This document shows, piece after piece, positions 11,516-24,475 of a stretch of 64,000 nt of DNA. The position numbers and the translations under genes are program-made. The DNA is taken from assembly GCA_010093605.1 (NCBI GenBank), contig MU004198.1:994726-1058725 (forward strand), in the 5' to 3' direction. Source of the stretch: Lophium mytilinum (lineage: Eukaryota). Under the pieces are notes generated by a model. The model saw nothing but the letters and a program-made list of their open reading frames with translations. It was not told where the DNA came from and searched no databases. How positions within the stretch are numbered: the stretch's first letter is position 1; each line of letters starts with the position of its first letter.

Positions 11516-12784
11516 GGAGGCGGTATGAATGGTAAGTTGCGTATATGCATAGTTGGAGGCTTGGGGTGGTCATGGATTTCAGGATTATTGAGGTAAGTGG
11601 AGTGGGACGTTTTGGGCGTGACTGACTAACTCATTGTGCAGTTGGCGCATGATACAAGCGGAGGTTCATTTACACAGATGTTTAAGATACCCATTTCACT
11701 CCCAAAAACGCTCAAGGTCCAGGTCTCTCTTCATTAGACCCGACATTTCCCATTCCTTCAAACACCAAACTCCAAGCGAGACCAGTCCCTAAAACCACCA
11801 AAACTGCTACTTCGGAAGATTTAATCCCCTCAAATAGGCTTCCATTTCATGCTGCCGAACATCCGAAGGTGTCGCCGATATGCCGAGTGCGAGTCGCTCA
11901 TTGACTTCCGGGTCGCTATGTAGGAAAGTGAGCAATGTAGATGATTTGGTCGCCTTTCCGCGGTTCCTAGAGCTTGTCAGCATATTTTCTTTTCGGAAGG
12001 GTTGAAGTTCGTACGCTGGGCCACTGGGCTCTGGGGCTCTTGATCTGGATTCCGAGGACGGCATTGTAGGCAAGCAGCAGACGCAATTGCTCGGTAGGCG
12101 TGGAAAGATAGCGGCGAAAAACAGTTAATGACTTCGAAATCTGCAAGAGGTGGGATCAAAAAACTAATAACCTGGTGGGCTTCAGTATGCAGAAGTTGAG
12201 TGTTCGAGTTGTCGCTCGCTTTTGATGAGGTATTGGACATGGCCTTGCATCCATGGTCCTCTTTTATCCATATGAATCACGCATCTTGGAGTCTCCTAGT
12301 GACCCAGATTACGCAGGCACGAGATCTGAGATGTATACCCTTACCGTTTGTTTCCTGCGCAGTCCGGTAATGGTTCGCGATGCCTTCATGCGCAGCTGCG
12401 AGTTCTTGGCTGATTGGCTGACGTGTCGAGCCAATCATATGGCCCAATGCTGAGTGTGGCTGTGCGCGGCGACCGTCGTGCGCGGATGCGAACCGAGCTG
12501 ACCTCCCTCTCTCTTCAGGCAGACATCTCCAACAATCCACCTCCCTCCTACTACAGCGACTTCAATCTATCTCTGAACGAAATTCTACGAATCGCCGGAA
12601 TCTAGTGTCGTTACATTATCAGTTATTGAACAGCTGACGGCTTTCACTTGTATTGAGTGTGGCAAGGCTGAAGCACCATCGTCCTGTTCAGTTCGAGCCC
12701 CGATACCGAGCCGCGGATTAGAGAAACCTTGCTACACACTTGCGATTATTTTGAAGTCAGATACGCCAACTCAACGTTTCAAAG

Positions 12785-15686
12785 ATGTCCGTTCCTTGGT
12801 CAGCTGATCCTTGGGATCCCGCCTACCTACTCACCTCACAATATCTTGACCCATCCTTCAGCGCGCCCTTCGACCCGGCTTCGCTGCATGAGCCGGTCCC
12901 TGAGCTATCTATGACGAGCTATCCCAGCGGAAGTTCAGAGCAGTCGTCGGCGAGCGAATTTAGCGGGTATTCAGAAGCGTCGTCCGCTCCTTCAAGTACC
13001 AATTCGAGTCCTTTCTTGCTTGAACCCTTTGACCCGGATCCGAACCCTTTTTCCACGGATATGTTCTCCATCGATACCTTTTCCGTCGATCCGTCGTTGG
13101 ATTTCTCCCTGTTTGACCTAAGTCTATCGCGAGCTAGGCCGAAGGAACCACCCGTGTCTACCATCCATCAAACTACAAAACCCACCAAAAGATTAGACCT
13201 ATCTGACCGGCCTCTAAAATGCCCAGTCTCCTCATGCGTAAGTTCAGACTGTTTACATCGACGATATTATTATTGCCGTCTGACCTTGATAGGAATTCCA
13301 CGCAATAGGATTCGTAAGGAAAGGCGACCGCGAGCGTCACGTTTCGACCCACTTCAAAAAAGGCCTTACTTGCGAGCTTTGCTGTAGTGACTTCAGTCGA
13401 GTGGATCTCTTCAAACGACATTTGATCAGTACTCACTCCCGGAAGCGGTCCGGCCAATACTATGAAGCAGCGTGCCCGATTTGCTTCCGAAACCTTGGGG
13501 CAGATAAACTTTCTTCACATCTTGGCAAATGTGTCTACGATACAGTTGTTGACTCACTCAAGAAAGATACGGCTGTGCCGCCACAGGACGAGACCGAGGT
13601 AGTCGCGGATCAGGAGCAGTCTCCTCTAAGAGAAATGATCCGAAACACCTCAGGACTATCACCAGTAGCCAACAATCACTCCAACGTCACCATAGCAGCG
13701 GAAGCACAAACGCATGCTAACGTCGAAACCATTCGCTCATCGCTCTGCACTGAGGCATTGGCGTCCCATAAGGCCGAAATCTCAATCGATACCACGGCAC
13801 CGGACTCTATCCAGCAATTCAGTGAGCCTTCGTCACCGACGAGATCTTTCGGTGACCTAGACCTAGCGCCGAAACCTCAACTTGCCACTATGGGTCTTCT
13901 TCCTGTCACACCTTGTCTACCGGAAGATGAGTGTGCACGCAAAGAGACAATCGTGGGCGCGGCGGTCTCCGACAGCCTACCCGACGACACCTCTAGCGAC
14001 ACAGAATGTAGCTTCGATGACGACACCGACTCTACTAGATCTCCCTTCTCAGATTCCTCTGGCATTGAATCGCCTGTGACCTCCGTTAGCCCTATTCTCA
14101 GCTCCGCAAAGAGGGAGCTCGTGGAACGAATCATGTCGGAGTTTTATACCATTTTTGAGTCAATCGGAGGCGTGCGGTCCCACGCATGCACTGCGCCTTG
14201 CGGAAGTCCAACGACTACACACAGCACGCAAGAGAGTCCAAAAACAAGCTCTGAGAGCGGAAATAATTTGAAGAAGCGTTCTTTTAGTGGTCGTGGGTCA
14301 AATGAACCAAATGGCGACGAAGAGGATGACGACTCCTCCAAACGTCGCAGACTCGGTTCAGAGACAAGCTCCAACACGCCATCGCATCTTGGGCTTCGAT
14401 TTGCATGCCCTTACTACAAGAGGAACCCTGACCGACATTCAGCAAACACATCCTGTGTATATCCAGGGTTTCGGCATGTATCGCGTGTCAAGTTTGTGTT
14501 TACTTCTCCGGAGACTATGTGTCTTTTACTAATTCTGATAGGGAGCATCTTTACCGCAACCACGCTCTACCTATTTCGTGCCCACGATGTTGCAACACTT
14601 TTAAGAGTGACGCGGAACTTTACGACCACTCGAGGGCGCTCGAGAGCTGCAAAATTCAAGAAAAACGTCCATTGGATGGGTTTAACAGAGACCAAGAAAT
14701 GAGATTGAAAAGCAAGAAGCGCTCGCCAATCACCGTGACAGAAGAAGACAAATGGCGAGCGATATTCCGTATTCTCTTCCCTCTTGATCCCGAGGCGGAC
14801 ATACCAAGCCCATGTAAGACAACCTAGGATCCTTTTAGATGCCGTTAAGACTCTCTGTTTCCGTTCGTCGTAAATTGGCATTGCTGATGTCAGGCTAATT
14901 TTCACATCAGACTGTGACCCAAGAGCGCTCTTCGACGATGGTAAACTCAAATCACCTCGCTCGAACGAATTCGCAAGATTTGAGGAGTTTTCCCGGAGAG
15001 AACTCCCACGTCTCGTGCGGACTGGATTGGAAGTCATTGTCGAACGGGAGACACAGCCCCTAGAAGATAGACTAAAAAGCCAACTAGTGGAGATTGTTCG
15101 GAACTCTCAGGCTCAGCTTTTCTCGATGTATCAACAGTCCCGCGCCGCTTTACCAGGACCTTTCACTGGGAACACCGACATCATAGAGGGAACAGCCAAC
15201 GATACTAGGCAGCCACAGCCAGATTCGCAAGGGTCGATTGATCTCATGGATGCGGAACTTTTTCAGCTCTTCGTCCCACCGCCGCCGGCGAACGACCTTA
15301 TCGCCGCGCCGAGCCTTCAAGACATCCGGCCAGTGGATTCTCTGCAACTCAAATCGGCAGCTGGGGGCTCGTCTAACGATCTTTCGGACTCTGGCTACGA
15401 GTCGGTGATGCCCAGTTCTTTGGCAACCCAGGAATCTCGGGAATCATGCAGCGCGTCCTTCCAGAAGATTCAGGATACCAAGGCTGGCTCTCCACTAACG
15501 GAAGATTTTGTGCTGTTTCTCGATGAGGGCAAAGATTTTGGTAAAGATCCCTGGACTCTTACGAATCATGGCGAAGCGAGACCGGACTCGGATCTTATGA
15601 ACGCGCAGCTCGAGGTTGATATCGATCATCTTTTCGACGATTTTAGCAATGGCGCAGAAACTCTTTTCGGACGGGTGCAGAATTGA
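12785..15686 (+). CDS. Multi-C2H2 zinc-finger protein; exons 12785-13237, 13293-14491, 14542-14813, 14911-15686
   Basis: Phase-compatible GT-AG introns give CPVSSC..F.RKGDRERHVSTH, CELC..FSRVDLFKRHLISTH, then FACPYYKRNP..RVKEHLYRNH..CPRC..F..L.DH. Confidence 0.82.
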
Positions 15687-16421
15687 AAGATAGGATTCCA
15701 TCATCATTACTAGACCTACCATGATGTGGTGAATCCCCCTACACAGCCTTGGCCCGATTATAACCGTGTGTGAGATATGTTGAACTACGCCACGTCCACT
15801 AGTATGAGCAAGAACAGGATCGTAGCGGAAGCGAAGGAAACGGAAACCGAGGCGAAGAAGGCGTTGATAGCTATGCTCATATTGATGTGTCGTTGGAGCA
15901 CCGCAAACGGAACACGTAGCATATTTAGAATCTTCTAGTGCGGGAGAAGGGCGATGCTAGATGCGGCGTAGAGCGGGCTGGATAAGCTCGAACGGCGGTT
16001 TAACGGGCGGACTGGTGTAAGATTGGCTGAGAGCTCAGAACGGTTTACTTTAGACCGTAACACTAGTTTATCAGCGAGGTGAATGGGGTCTACGGGCTGA
16101 GGCTTGTGGCTGTTCTATGCGACCTCCACGTGACTAGTCTGGAATAGCCGCCAATTCACCAGCCAACAGGTTGACCCCTCACTTCAGAGCTTGACCGTAA
16201 TTGCAAACCACTCCACGCTCAGACCTACCTTTCGCAAAGTCTTGGTGTAAGTTCATCTGTCTGTTAACATGATTCTGCCTCTCTAATCCGATCTCCATTT
16301 CTAGATAGGCGCCGCTGTTGCCGCCAGAGTCCATCCAGCGGAGGTGGGAATACCGCGGACCTCGTAAGACTGCGGATTCTAGTTGATGTCTTGTGAGACT
16401 GACATGATTCATAGGCTCGCC

Positions 16422-17261
16422 ATGGCTACACCGGCGCCCGTGCCAGAGATGAGTCCAGCCGTGGATGCCGTCTTCTCTACCGTAGAGCTTCTGGAGGAGA
16501 TCTTGGGCCATCTATCTCCCCGCGAGCTCTGCCGGTCTAAGATGCTCTGTCGACAATGGCGCGATGTAGTCAACTCCTCGCCGTCGCTACAGCGCAATAC
16601 CTTCCTGACTTCGAAGTTCCCCACCCCGAACCCACCACTCATAGGTTGGCCTGAGGGCAGTCAATCCCGCCTGGACTTCTGCGATTTCTCCTGCGAAGAC
16701 CAGGGAAAGATGGCGGTGAATGAGCTCGTCCACGGGATCTTCGACACAGACATCGCGACTGGTCGGATTCAAGCACATGTTTCCTTCAACCACGAAACTA
16801 GAGAAGCCATTCTTGACTTTGGACACGCTTTCGGTCACCCTTCCCAGCTCATCGACAACATCAAGCGTACTCTAAGCGTCAATGTGGAGATTACCGGGTG
16901 GAGACAGAACGAGCGCATGCGAGACGCCTCCTGGCAGCAGATGCTAGTCGTAGATCCACCAGCGACGAAGGTATTGATGCAACTGGAAAATTGGGGCATA
17001 AACAAGCTCCTACCGCTTCGGTCCTGGGCCACCGCTGGGCTGAAGATGGGCGAGTTGGTAGACCAAGTTGTGGCACAGCTTCTTCAAGAGAAAATGCACA
17101 AAATGGTCAAGGGATGCGGGAATGGCGTGTTTATCTCGCATACAACACAGATGATGAGTCTTTGGAACGATGATCGGGAGGTCGAGGACTGCAAGAAGGG
17201 AATCCTTTTCACGTGCTCGCATCCAGTGGGACTACGGACAGGTAGTCGTGATGCAAATTAG
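16422..17261 (+). CDS. F-box domain protein
   Basis: AVFSTVELLEEILGHL..RELCR...CRQWRDVVNSSPSLQR F-box; SWQQMLVVDPP motif; probable upstream intron ending at 16414. Confidence 0.85.
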   Translation: MATPAPVPEMSPAVDAVFSTVELLEEILGHLSPRELCRSKMLCRQWRDVVNSSPSLQRNTFLTSKFPTPNPPLIGWPEGSQSRLDFCDFSCEDQGKMAVNELVHGIFDTDIATGRIQAHVSFNHETREAILDFGHAFGHPSQLIDNIKRTLSVNVEITGWRQNERMRDASWQQMLVVDPPATKVLMQLENWGINKLLPLRSWATAGLKMGELVDQVVAQLLQEKMHKMVKGCGNGVFISHTTQMMSLWNDDREVEDCKKGILFTCSHPVGLRTGSRDAN

Positions 17262-17793
17262 TCCTTTTTGAGGGGATACAAAGGTGGGCCGAAGGAACGG
17301 CATTTCACCGGTCGCTACTTGAAGGTGGCGTCCTTCAATTAGCTAAACCGGAAGTCGGTAGTCCTCCCATTGAGTCGAAGTATGCTGGGTAGGATTCTGA
17401 TATCTTTCAATTCCGAAACTTCACTCGGTGTAGCTCGTGATGCATATCTCCGATCTCTCCTGTTACGCTCCTAATGAACATCTGATACCTTTGACAGTGA
17501 GATAGTGAGAATGCTTTACAAAAAGAATATGTCAACTGTAGTGGTCGCGTGGAACTTTTGGGCACTTCGCCGTCGATCATCTTGCTCTCTAGCCTCTACA
17601 CTGCCTACTACTGGCGAACTGGTGAAAAGTCACGTGCAATTGCTGTGTCGTCACGGCTTGCTCTTTTTTGCTTCACCGTCCTCAACGCAAACCCCTCCAA
17701 ACACCGCTCACCACCAGCGGAGAGCTCCGGTCAGTTATGAATATCAATCCTTTGCCACGAAGCCAGTTCTAACGTCAACACTGCAGGCCTATC

Positions 17794-18972
17794 ATGCCTC
17801 CATCTCCAGGTCCGGATCGCACCGCAACCGTCGATCCGACTCTCACACCGACAATGCAGTCAGTCGATGAAGCCGATCTCGAAGTCGCTCCCGCCACTGC
17901 CCGCGACCATGACAAGCAGTAAGTCCTAATGATTCTTTGAGCAATTCACCAGCTAATCCGCCTTTTCAGGCCTGAAATGAGCGCTTCTCCGATTGGTGAC
18001 CTCACCACTGCCCTCGAAGCGGCGGAAGCGACACCTACAGTGGAGTCAATCAATGTTGCCAACCTCAAAATCGCTCCCAGTATTGCCAACGACCGCGAGA
18101 TCCAGTAAGTCCCAATCGTTCACAAACCACTCCACCAGCTAACTCACCTTTTCAGACCTGACAAGTACGCATCTCCGGATGGCGACCTTACTACTGCCAT
18201 CGAACCCACCGAAGCGACCAGCTCACCCTCAAACCAAGCTGTTCACGCTGTCTTCGCGACGTACGAACTCCTCGAGGAGATCCTCACCTACCTCCCTCCT
18301 CGCGAGATCTGCCGTGCTCAGATGGTCAACTGCACTTGGCGCGATGTCGTGCGCTCTTCGCTGTCGTTGCAGCGGAACGCCTTTCTGGTTTCGGCCTTTC
18401 CGCCTGTGGTCGAGCCATCTGGCGAATATTCGTTATTCAAGAACTCCTTTTGGACCACCTTTTACGGCAAGCTCTCCTTTGTGCGCGATGAGATCACAGC
18501 TGTCAACCCAGTAATTTACAAGCTGTTCCACTCCGGCGTGCTGGATGGTCAATCGCTTGGCTGTCAGAGTGGCTGTATCAGATGCAACGTCGAGACTGGG
18601 CAGGTCATTGTTAACATTTCGGAATCTTCAAGATTTTCGCCAGATTACAAAGCCTTCATTCCAATCATGAAAAGTATCCTGGGCATCAATGTAGATATTC
18701 CTGGATGGAATAAGGATGCAGGAGAGGCTTCTTGGCGACAAATGCTAGTCATGGATCCGCCAGGTACCTCTGTAGCGATCGTTGTGAGCGAAGTATATGG
18801 TAACTACATCTGGGATGGGGTGCACATACGAGAGTGGACGAGTCCTAGCCTCACGATCGGGGAGTTAATTGATCAGATAGTGATGCAGCTCGTGGAAGAT
18901 AAACATATTTCTGGGGAATGCGGAGAGGGAGTGGTAGTCTCGAAGTCTACGAAAGAGGGCGACGTGTGCTAA
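17794..18972 (+). CDS. F-box domain protein, tandem paralog; exons 17794-17918, 17970-18104, 18156-18972
   Basis: Spliced frame gives AVFATYELLEEILTYLPPREICRAQMVNCTWRDVV; SWRQMLVMDPP and IGELIDQIV match the upstream paralog. Confidence 0.85.
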
Positions 18973-20295
18973 GGGACAGTCTGGCACCGTTTGAGGTGGC
19001 CCGCAAGGCGTTTAGTCTTTTCAAAAGTTTCCTTTTCCGATCTCTCATGATGCATTACAGGACTCCAGGCAGTACTAAGCTAGTGTGCAAAAAGCCTAGA
19101 GGGCATGTGTTGCTCAAGTATTTCGCTGCAGCTGTCATCACTCGAACCTTCTTATTGATTGTGATCTTATCGATATCGTAGGGCCAAATGCGACGGGCCA
19201 AGGGATATCACCTTACCTATCCTTATGAGTTGTGCAGCCTATAACCTTCTATGGAGTGAAATCATGTATCGGAGGCCTCAATTCCTGATACTATGTTCAA
19301 GCGAACTTAACCTTGCAGATAGCTTTCCACGTGGCAGGAATTCCAGAATCCAGAACAGTGCAAACAAGTCATGAAACCAGAAGTTGTACGGAGTTTCAGA
19401 TCCCAAGACTGACCCTTCCTTGCCTCGTCAAAAAATATGATCACCTCCTTTTGCCACTGCTCGAGGTACCTTCATAAGCTCTCAGTACTCCGAGCCTAAT
19501 GTGAAGTAATAAAAAGAGCAGCAAAGATTGAACTGCTGCTTGTTTGTCCGGCATCCATGTTGCTGAGGTACTCTAGACAGTGGTCTCCAGCAAGCAACAT
19601 TTGAGTCTGTGCAGAAGCATTTGTCTAGATCAAGCAATTGTCGTATTAACCTTAACGAATTGGGAATAAAAGTACCTAAAAGCAGACCAGCCACCTGCTG
19701 AATGTGGTTTCTCTTCCCCGTCTTCTTACATTCCGCGGCGCGTAGGATTTCATCCAATATGCGGCGAAATAGTAGTTACGGTATCCCATGGCGTGCAAGC
19801 ATCTAATCGGGCCTTTCCAGCCCCCCTGCGTATAACGACTCCCTCGAAACACCCGAATAGTCAGAGACATGTTCCTTTTTCTCTAGTCCTAGTTCCGGTC
19901 GCCAATCAAATGACTTCTATTCTAATTTGAGCTGAGAGCGAAGTGGTTGAGCTTCACAGGCTTCTGAAGGTGCCAAAAATGGCCCCCACGCTTCGGCTCA
20001 ATTCCGTGCAGACTTAAACACCATTGCGGCACAGTCTACACCAACACATACCAACACATACCCTTGTAGACAAGGCACTTTAGAATGGCATGTTGGACGC
20101 ACAAGGATGATATGCCCGATTCCGACAACAGAAAGTGGGCAGCGCTGTTATTGCTGTGCCGCTGCTTACCCACTCATCCCCTCTCCCTCCTTAGCCCTCT
20201 ATCACTGATCCTGGCCAAAACATCGAGCGGTAATCTGTCATTCCGGTTTCCACGGCGAAGCAATATTGAAGACCCGCCGCGGGTGTGGAGTGCGA

Positions 20296-21164
20296 TTAAG
20301 GGGTCGTGCTTGCACCTTTGAAGGCCAACTCTCTCCGATCTCTCCACATAGTGCACGGATTGAACCTCCAAGCCCCACGATGCCGCCTACCATACAAGTG
20401 ATGAATAATGAAAGGCACAAAGAACGGCACAGACGGGAAATCATGCATACCGCCCTCAAAGCTCCTATCCGCGGTGCCAAACACGAGCGGGGCGATCCGA
20501 TACTAAGCCGTTGTCAGCGAACATCACTCGACTCGCTTTAACATCAAAGCACGACTCACATTATCCGTAGCCATCAAGCTCTTCTCAAACTTCTGGTAAG
20601 CCTGCCGTAGCCGCACACTATCATACACATCAAGCGCCCTTAGCGTCTCAATCTCATCATGCAAATGCCTCGTCAACGGCTCCGCGAAGTCGTCAATGAG
20701 GCTCCGAACCTTGGCCCCGTCGTAGTCTTTCGGAGGACACATACGGGCGTACTCTTGAAAAATGTCGAATCCCGGCGTGAACGCCCGGTGCTGATCGATA
20801 TTGCGTTCCATGAGCCCTTGCACGCCCGAGATCTGCTCGATGCTCGGGAAGAAGATCGTTTCTTCGGCGTCATGGTGGTGGTGCATGGATTCGCCCCAGC
20901 ATTGGCAGTAGGTTAGGAAGTCTTTGATGGCGACGAGGTCGCTGCGGGGGATGTGGGGAGCTTGGAGGTAGATGGAGTTTAGGCCGCGGAGGATGCCGTT
21001 GTGGGCGAGGGCCATTTGGGTTGCGATGTAGTAGGCTTCGTGGGAGGACTGTGAGGAGAGGTTGAGCGATGAGAATCGTACTGAAGAGATGATAGACGTA
21101 CGTCTTTTGAGAATGGATCGGTGGAAATAAGCGTATATGGCTCATCTGCCCATTGAGAAGACAT
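20296..21164 (-). CDS. Hemerythrin-like (HHE cation-binding) protein; exons 21164-21102, 21048-20560, 20502-20296
   Basis: MALAHN.ILRGLNSIY.QA, HHHHDAEE..FFP, QH..F, LTRHLHDEI di-iron ligand pattern; C-terminal GAWRFNPC. Confidence 0.9.
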
Positions 21165-21849
21165 TCTTGCTCTTTCGGTAGCAGTACAACCGCACAGTAG
21201 TAGGAGGTAGGCGATAGATATAATGAAAGAAAGATACTAGAAAATCGCCGTAACAGTATTTCGGTCTGGGTGAATGTCCACAAGCTCTGTTACAAACAAA
21301 TGGCTTTGACTTTAAGATATTCCAGTAGCACGTGATTAGAAAGTAGAGGACAATAGATGTTGTCTCTAAGTAGCAATCGAGGCTTGGCTATATACATCTA
21401 AGACTGGCCCGTGCAGGCCTAGATATAGACTAGATCTATTAGAGGGTGGTGTGGTGGCGTTTCTACGGTATGTGGGTGGTGGGATGATAGATCCCCGTAT
21501 CACGTGCTCGGCTCCTGAATACCCACCGAGATCAAAGAATTCCACCGGTTTGGCGATCCCGGTGCAACTTGGCGCCGGCTTAGTAACTGATATAGTGGCT
21601 TAGTCACTCGCGCAACGTCATCGAAGCCATCTCGAGCTGAACAGCACCGCTGTGCCGCAACGGCTCAACCGGTCTCCGAAATCTTCTCCGAACAGTGGAA
21701 GGTAGATATATATTCCAGCGAATCTCGAAGTTTTGTTTAAGACATCACACACAACAACTTACTACTTTACCATTTAAAGATATTCTCTACGCGAACATCC
21801 CCTGTCTAATATCATTCTATTCTACACCCCCTGCAACCAATCAGCAACC

Positions 21850-22699
21850 ATGAAGGTCATCGTTATTGGCGCAACCGGCAATCTGGGCACTCGCGTCGTC
21901 GCAGCACTCCTCACGCATGGCCACAGCGTGGTTGCGTACGTCCGGTCCTCGAAAAAGCTCGAATCGCTTCTTCCAGCGTCTGCATTCCGCCAAATCACCG
22001 TTGTTGAGGGCGATGCCAAGAATTCAGTCTCAATCAAGAAGGCCATCTTGGATGCCAACTGTGATGCGGTTGTCAACACCGCTGGATTAGCGGCCTTGCC
22101 TCCGTGGGGGAAAAGTGACCTGCCTGAAATATTTCAAGCGGTCCTGAACGGTGTAAAAGAAGCGGGATCGGACAGGAAGAAGCCGCTGAGAGTCTGGTTC
22201 TTAGCTGGCATGGGAGTGTTATACTACCCAGGAACAGAGTCGATGCTTTCGAATTAGTAAGTTGGTATTTTTACTTTGACACACTATTTGCCCCTTTTAA
22301 AATTATTATCTCGTGCAATCATCAATACTAACAACCCGCAGCATCCCCATCTACCTCGAACACCGCAAGAACTTTAGCCTTCTCAAATCCCTCCCACCAA
22401 ACACGGTCGACTGGTCCATGCTGTGCCCAGCCACCATGACCCCCGAATCTCCAGACGTCAACGTGCCTTCAAAATCCTCGCACGGAGCCCTGATCGCAAA
22501 TGCTGCGTATCTACCATTATGGCAGGATTCCTGGGTAAAGCACGTCCCCTTGCTCGGGAGGGTGCTGATGTGCGCTATCAATGCCCCTCGCTACACGACC
22601 ACCCTTGAGCAAAACGCAGACTTTATTGCGACTGACCTCGAGAGCTTTGAGAGCCGGTGGAGTGGGACGACGGTGGGGATTATTGACGGGTCGAAGTGA
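21850..22699 (+). CDS. NAD(P)-binding Rossmann-fold oxidoreductase (flavin-reductase/BLVRB-like atypical SDR); exons 21850-22256, 22342-22699
   Basis: MKVIVIGATGNLG, VAYVR, VVEGDA, DAVVNTAG, DWSMLCP. Confidence 0.88.
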
Positions 22700-22897
22700 G
22701 CGCATCGCAGGGGAACGGGTTTTGGAGTGGTCTTACGGAGTTATGATTACCCTAATATTGTTGTAATTGTAGTTTATACGTCTAATCATGGATTTGAACA
22801 TCTATCCTAAATTTCGGCTTCATATTTCAACTCTATTCGACTTTCGATCTATTTCCATGGAGAGTTGAGTGTACGTTCAAAGGGCAAACCGACTCTT

Positions 22898-24475
22898 CTA
22901 CTCAACGTCCAGTCCCAGGAGCCGTTGTATCTCAATCCGGTGTTCATTCCAGAAGTGCTCGAGTTTCGAGGCAGTTTCCTTCTGCGTATAATCAAGCTCA
23001 AAATCCTGCTGATAGGCGTCGCGGACCAACTCGAATACTTTCCACGCTGTATCGAGAAAGTATTCATCAGACGGATCTCTTCTGCGCCCTGGAGTTGAAC
23101 CGCTTAAGACTATTTTGCCGGAATTCCTTGCGACTTCAAGTTTTGATTGGATCGCCGCGTGAACGAACTCGCCGGCAAGTAAAGAAGGAAGACGAAAGCG
23201 CAGTGCAGCCGCAGTGAGCGCCCTCAAGTTGACGTCAAAGTCTCTCCAGCTGTCGTCTTCCGCCAAGTCCTGTTCGGTTCGCTGGAGGAAGTTTCGGCCC
23301 TTGCTGTCCACCTTGTCAGGGTCAGCGCCGTGCTGGAAAAGCAGCTCCACCACATCCCCCGTCTGGTCGCCCCAAATGCCACACAGCGCCATATCCAACG
23401 CCAGCCCATCTTCACCGTCGTAAGTCCAATGATCATTCGGATCGGCACCGCACTCCAGTAGCTTCTGAATGAAGACGGTAGAGCCGGAGTGGCTGCTCAA
23501 CAACGCCTCGCACAGTATCGTTGTGCTGGAAGTGCCTTGTGCGTATCTTACGTTCGCAGCGGCGCCGGCTTTGAGGAGCCGCAGCGCTCTTTTCTCGTGT
23601 TCGTGCTGGAATGTGAGGGCGAGAATTGGGATGTCAGAATCGGTTTCCCGGGTTACTAGGATGTTGGGGTCAGCGCCGGCGTCGAGCAACAGATCGATGA
23701 TAGTGGTATCATCGTATCTCAAGCTGTGGACGACGCAGTGAAGTATCGGAATGTCTAGTTCAGAATGAAAGTTCACATGGGCCCCATGTCGGAGGAGAAT
23801 TTCAAGTACGCGGGTATCCCGACAAAGATGGAGGAAGGGCTTGGTGATTTGTCCTCTACGTCCGTAGCCTGTGGGATTGGCGCCAAGTTCAGATATTAGG
23901 ATTTCTATAAGCTCGAGTGTCTTGGTCTCCATCCGGTCGGGCAGATTGGCGGAGTTTTGTCTGGGGAGCTTCTCCATCGCTTCCCGGTACTCGATAAGGC
24001 AGCCTGGCGAGCGAGTCCTTATGCTTTCCATATACCTTAGGATGTTGTACAGGATCCTACTTGCTTCTTTGGTGTCCAGTCGTCCGAGTTGAGTCGCTTT
24101 GTCGATGAACAGTTTCGTTATGTCCACGAGGTCATGGTCCCCAGCGCAATCTCCACACGTCATTCGATCATAAAGAGGCCACGCTCCGGTGCCATTTTCC
24201 TCGATGCCAGTGATGTTATGTTTGAAAAGATATCGTACAAGTGGTACGTTGCCATTCTCTACAGCCCATTCAATAGCTGAAAAAGTAGGCGGCGAAGGAT
24301 TACGCTTTTGCGTAGTCATGGGATTAGACCGATCTGATATTGCTCGCTTGTGTAGGTCGGCTTGAAGAAGGTATTGATAGCGCCAGCTGGTAATAGCAAG
24401 CCTACTCAAGTGCTGGTCGTCCAGGTAAGATGCAATTTCCAGCACCAACTCGTTTGATACTTCCGAGAAATGCAT
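22898..24475 (-). CDS. F-box-like plus ankyrin-repeat protein
   Basis: FSEVSNELVLEIASYL N-terminus; repeated LLxxGAxPN/D ankyrin signatures. Confidence 0.88.
   Translation of the reverse strand: MHFSEVSNELVLEIASYLDDQHLSRLAITSWRYQYLLQADLHKRAISDRSNPMTTQKRNPSPPTFSAIEWAVENGNVPLVRYLFKHNITGIEENGTGAWPLYDRMTCGDCAGDHDLVDITKLFIDKATQLGRLDTKEASRILYNILRYMESIRTRSPGCLIEYREAMEKLPRQNSANLPDRMETKTLELIEILISELGANPTGYGRRGQITKPFLHLCRDTRVLEILLRHGAHVNFHSELDIPILHCVVHSLRYDDTTIIDLLLDAGADPNILVTRETDSDIPILALTFQHEHEKRALRLLKAGAAANVRYAQGTSSTTILCEALLSSHSGSTVFIQKLLECGADPNDHWTYDGEDGLALDMALCGIWGDQTGDVVELLFQHGADPDKVDSKGRNFLQRTEQDLAEDDSWRDFDVNLRALTAAALRFRLPSLLAGEFVHAAIQSKLEVARNSGKIVLSGSTPGRRRDPSDEYFLDTAWKVFELVRDAYQQDFELDYTQKETASKLEHFWNEHRIEIQRLLGLDVE

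Noticed and set aside
11807..12240. Possible small spliced gene on the minus strand
   Set aside because: Splice-like signals exist, but I could not build a convincing model and recognised no motif.
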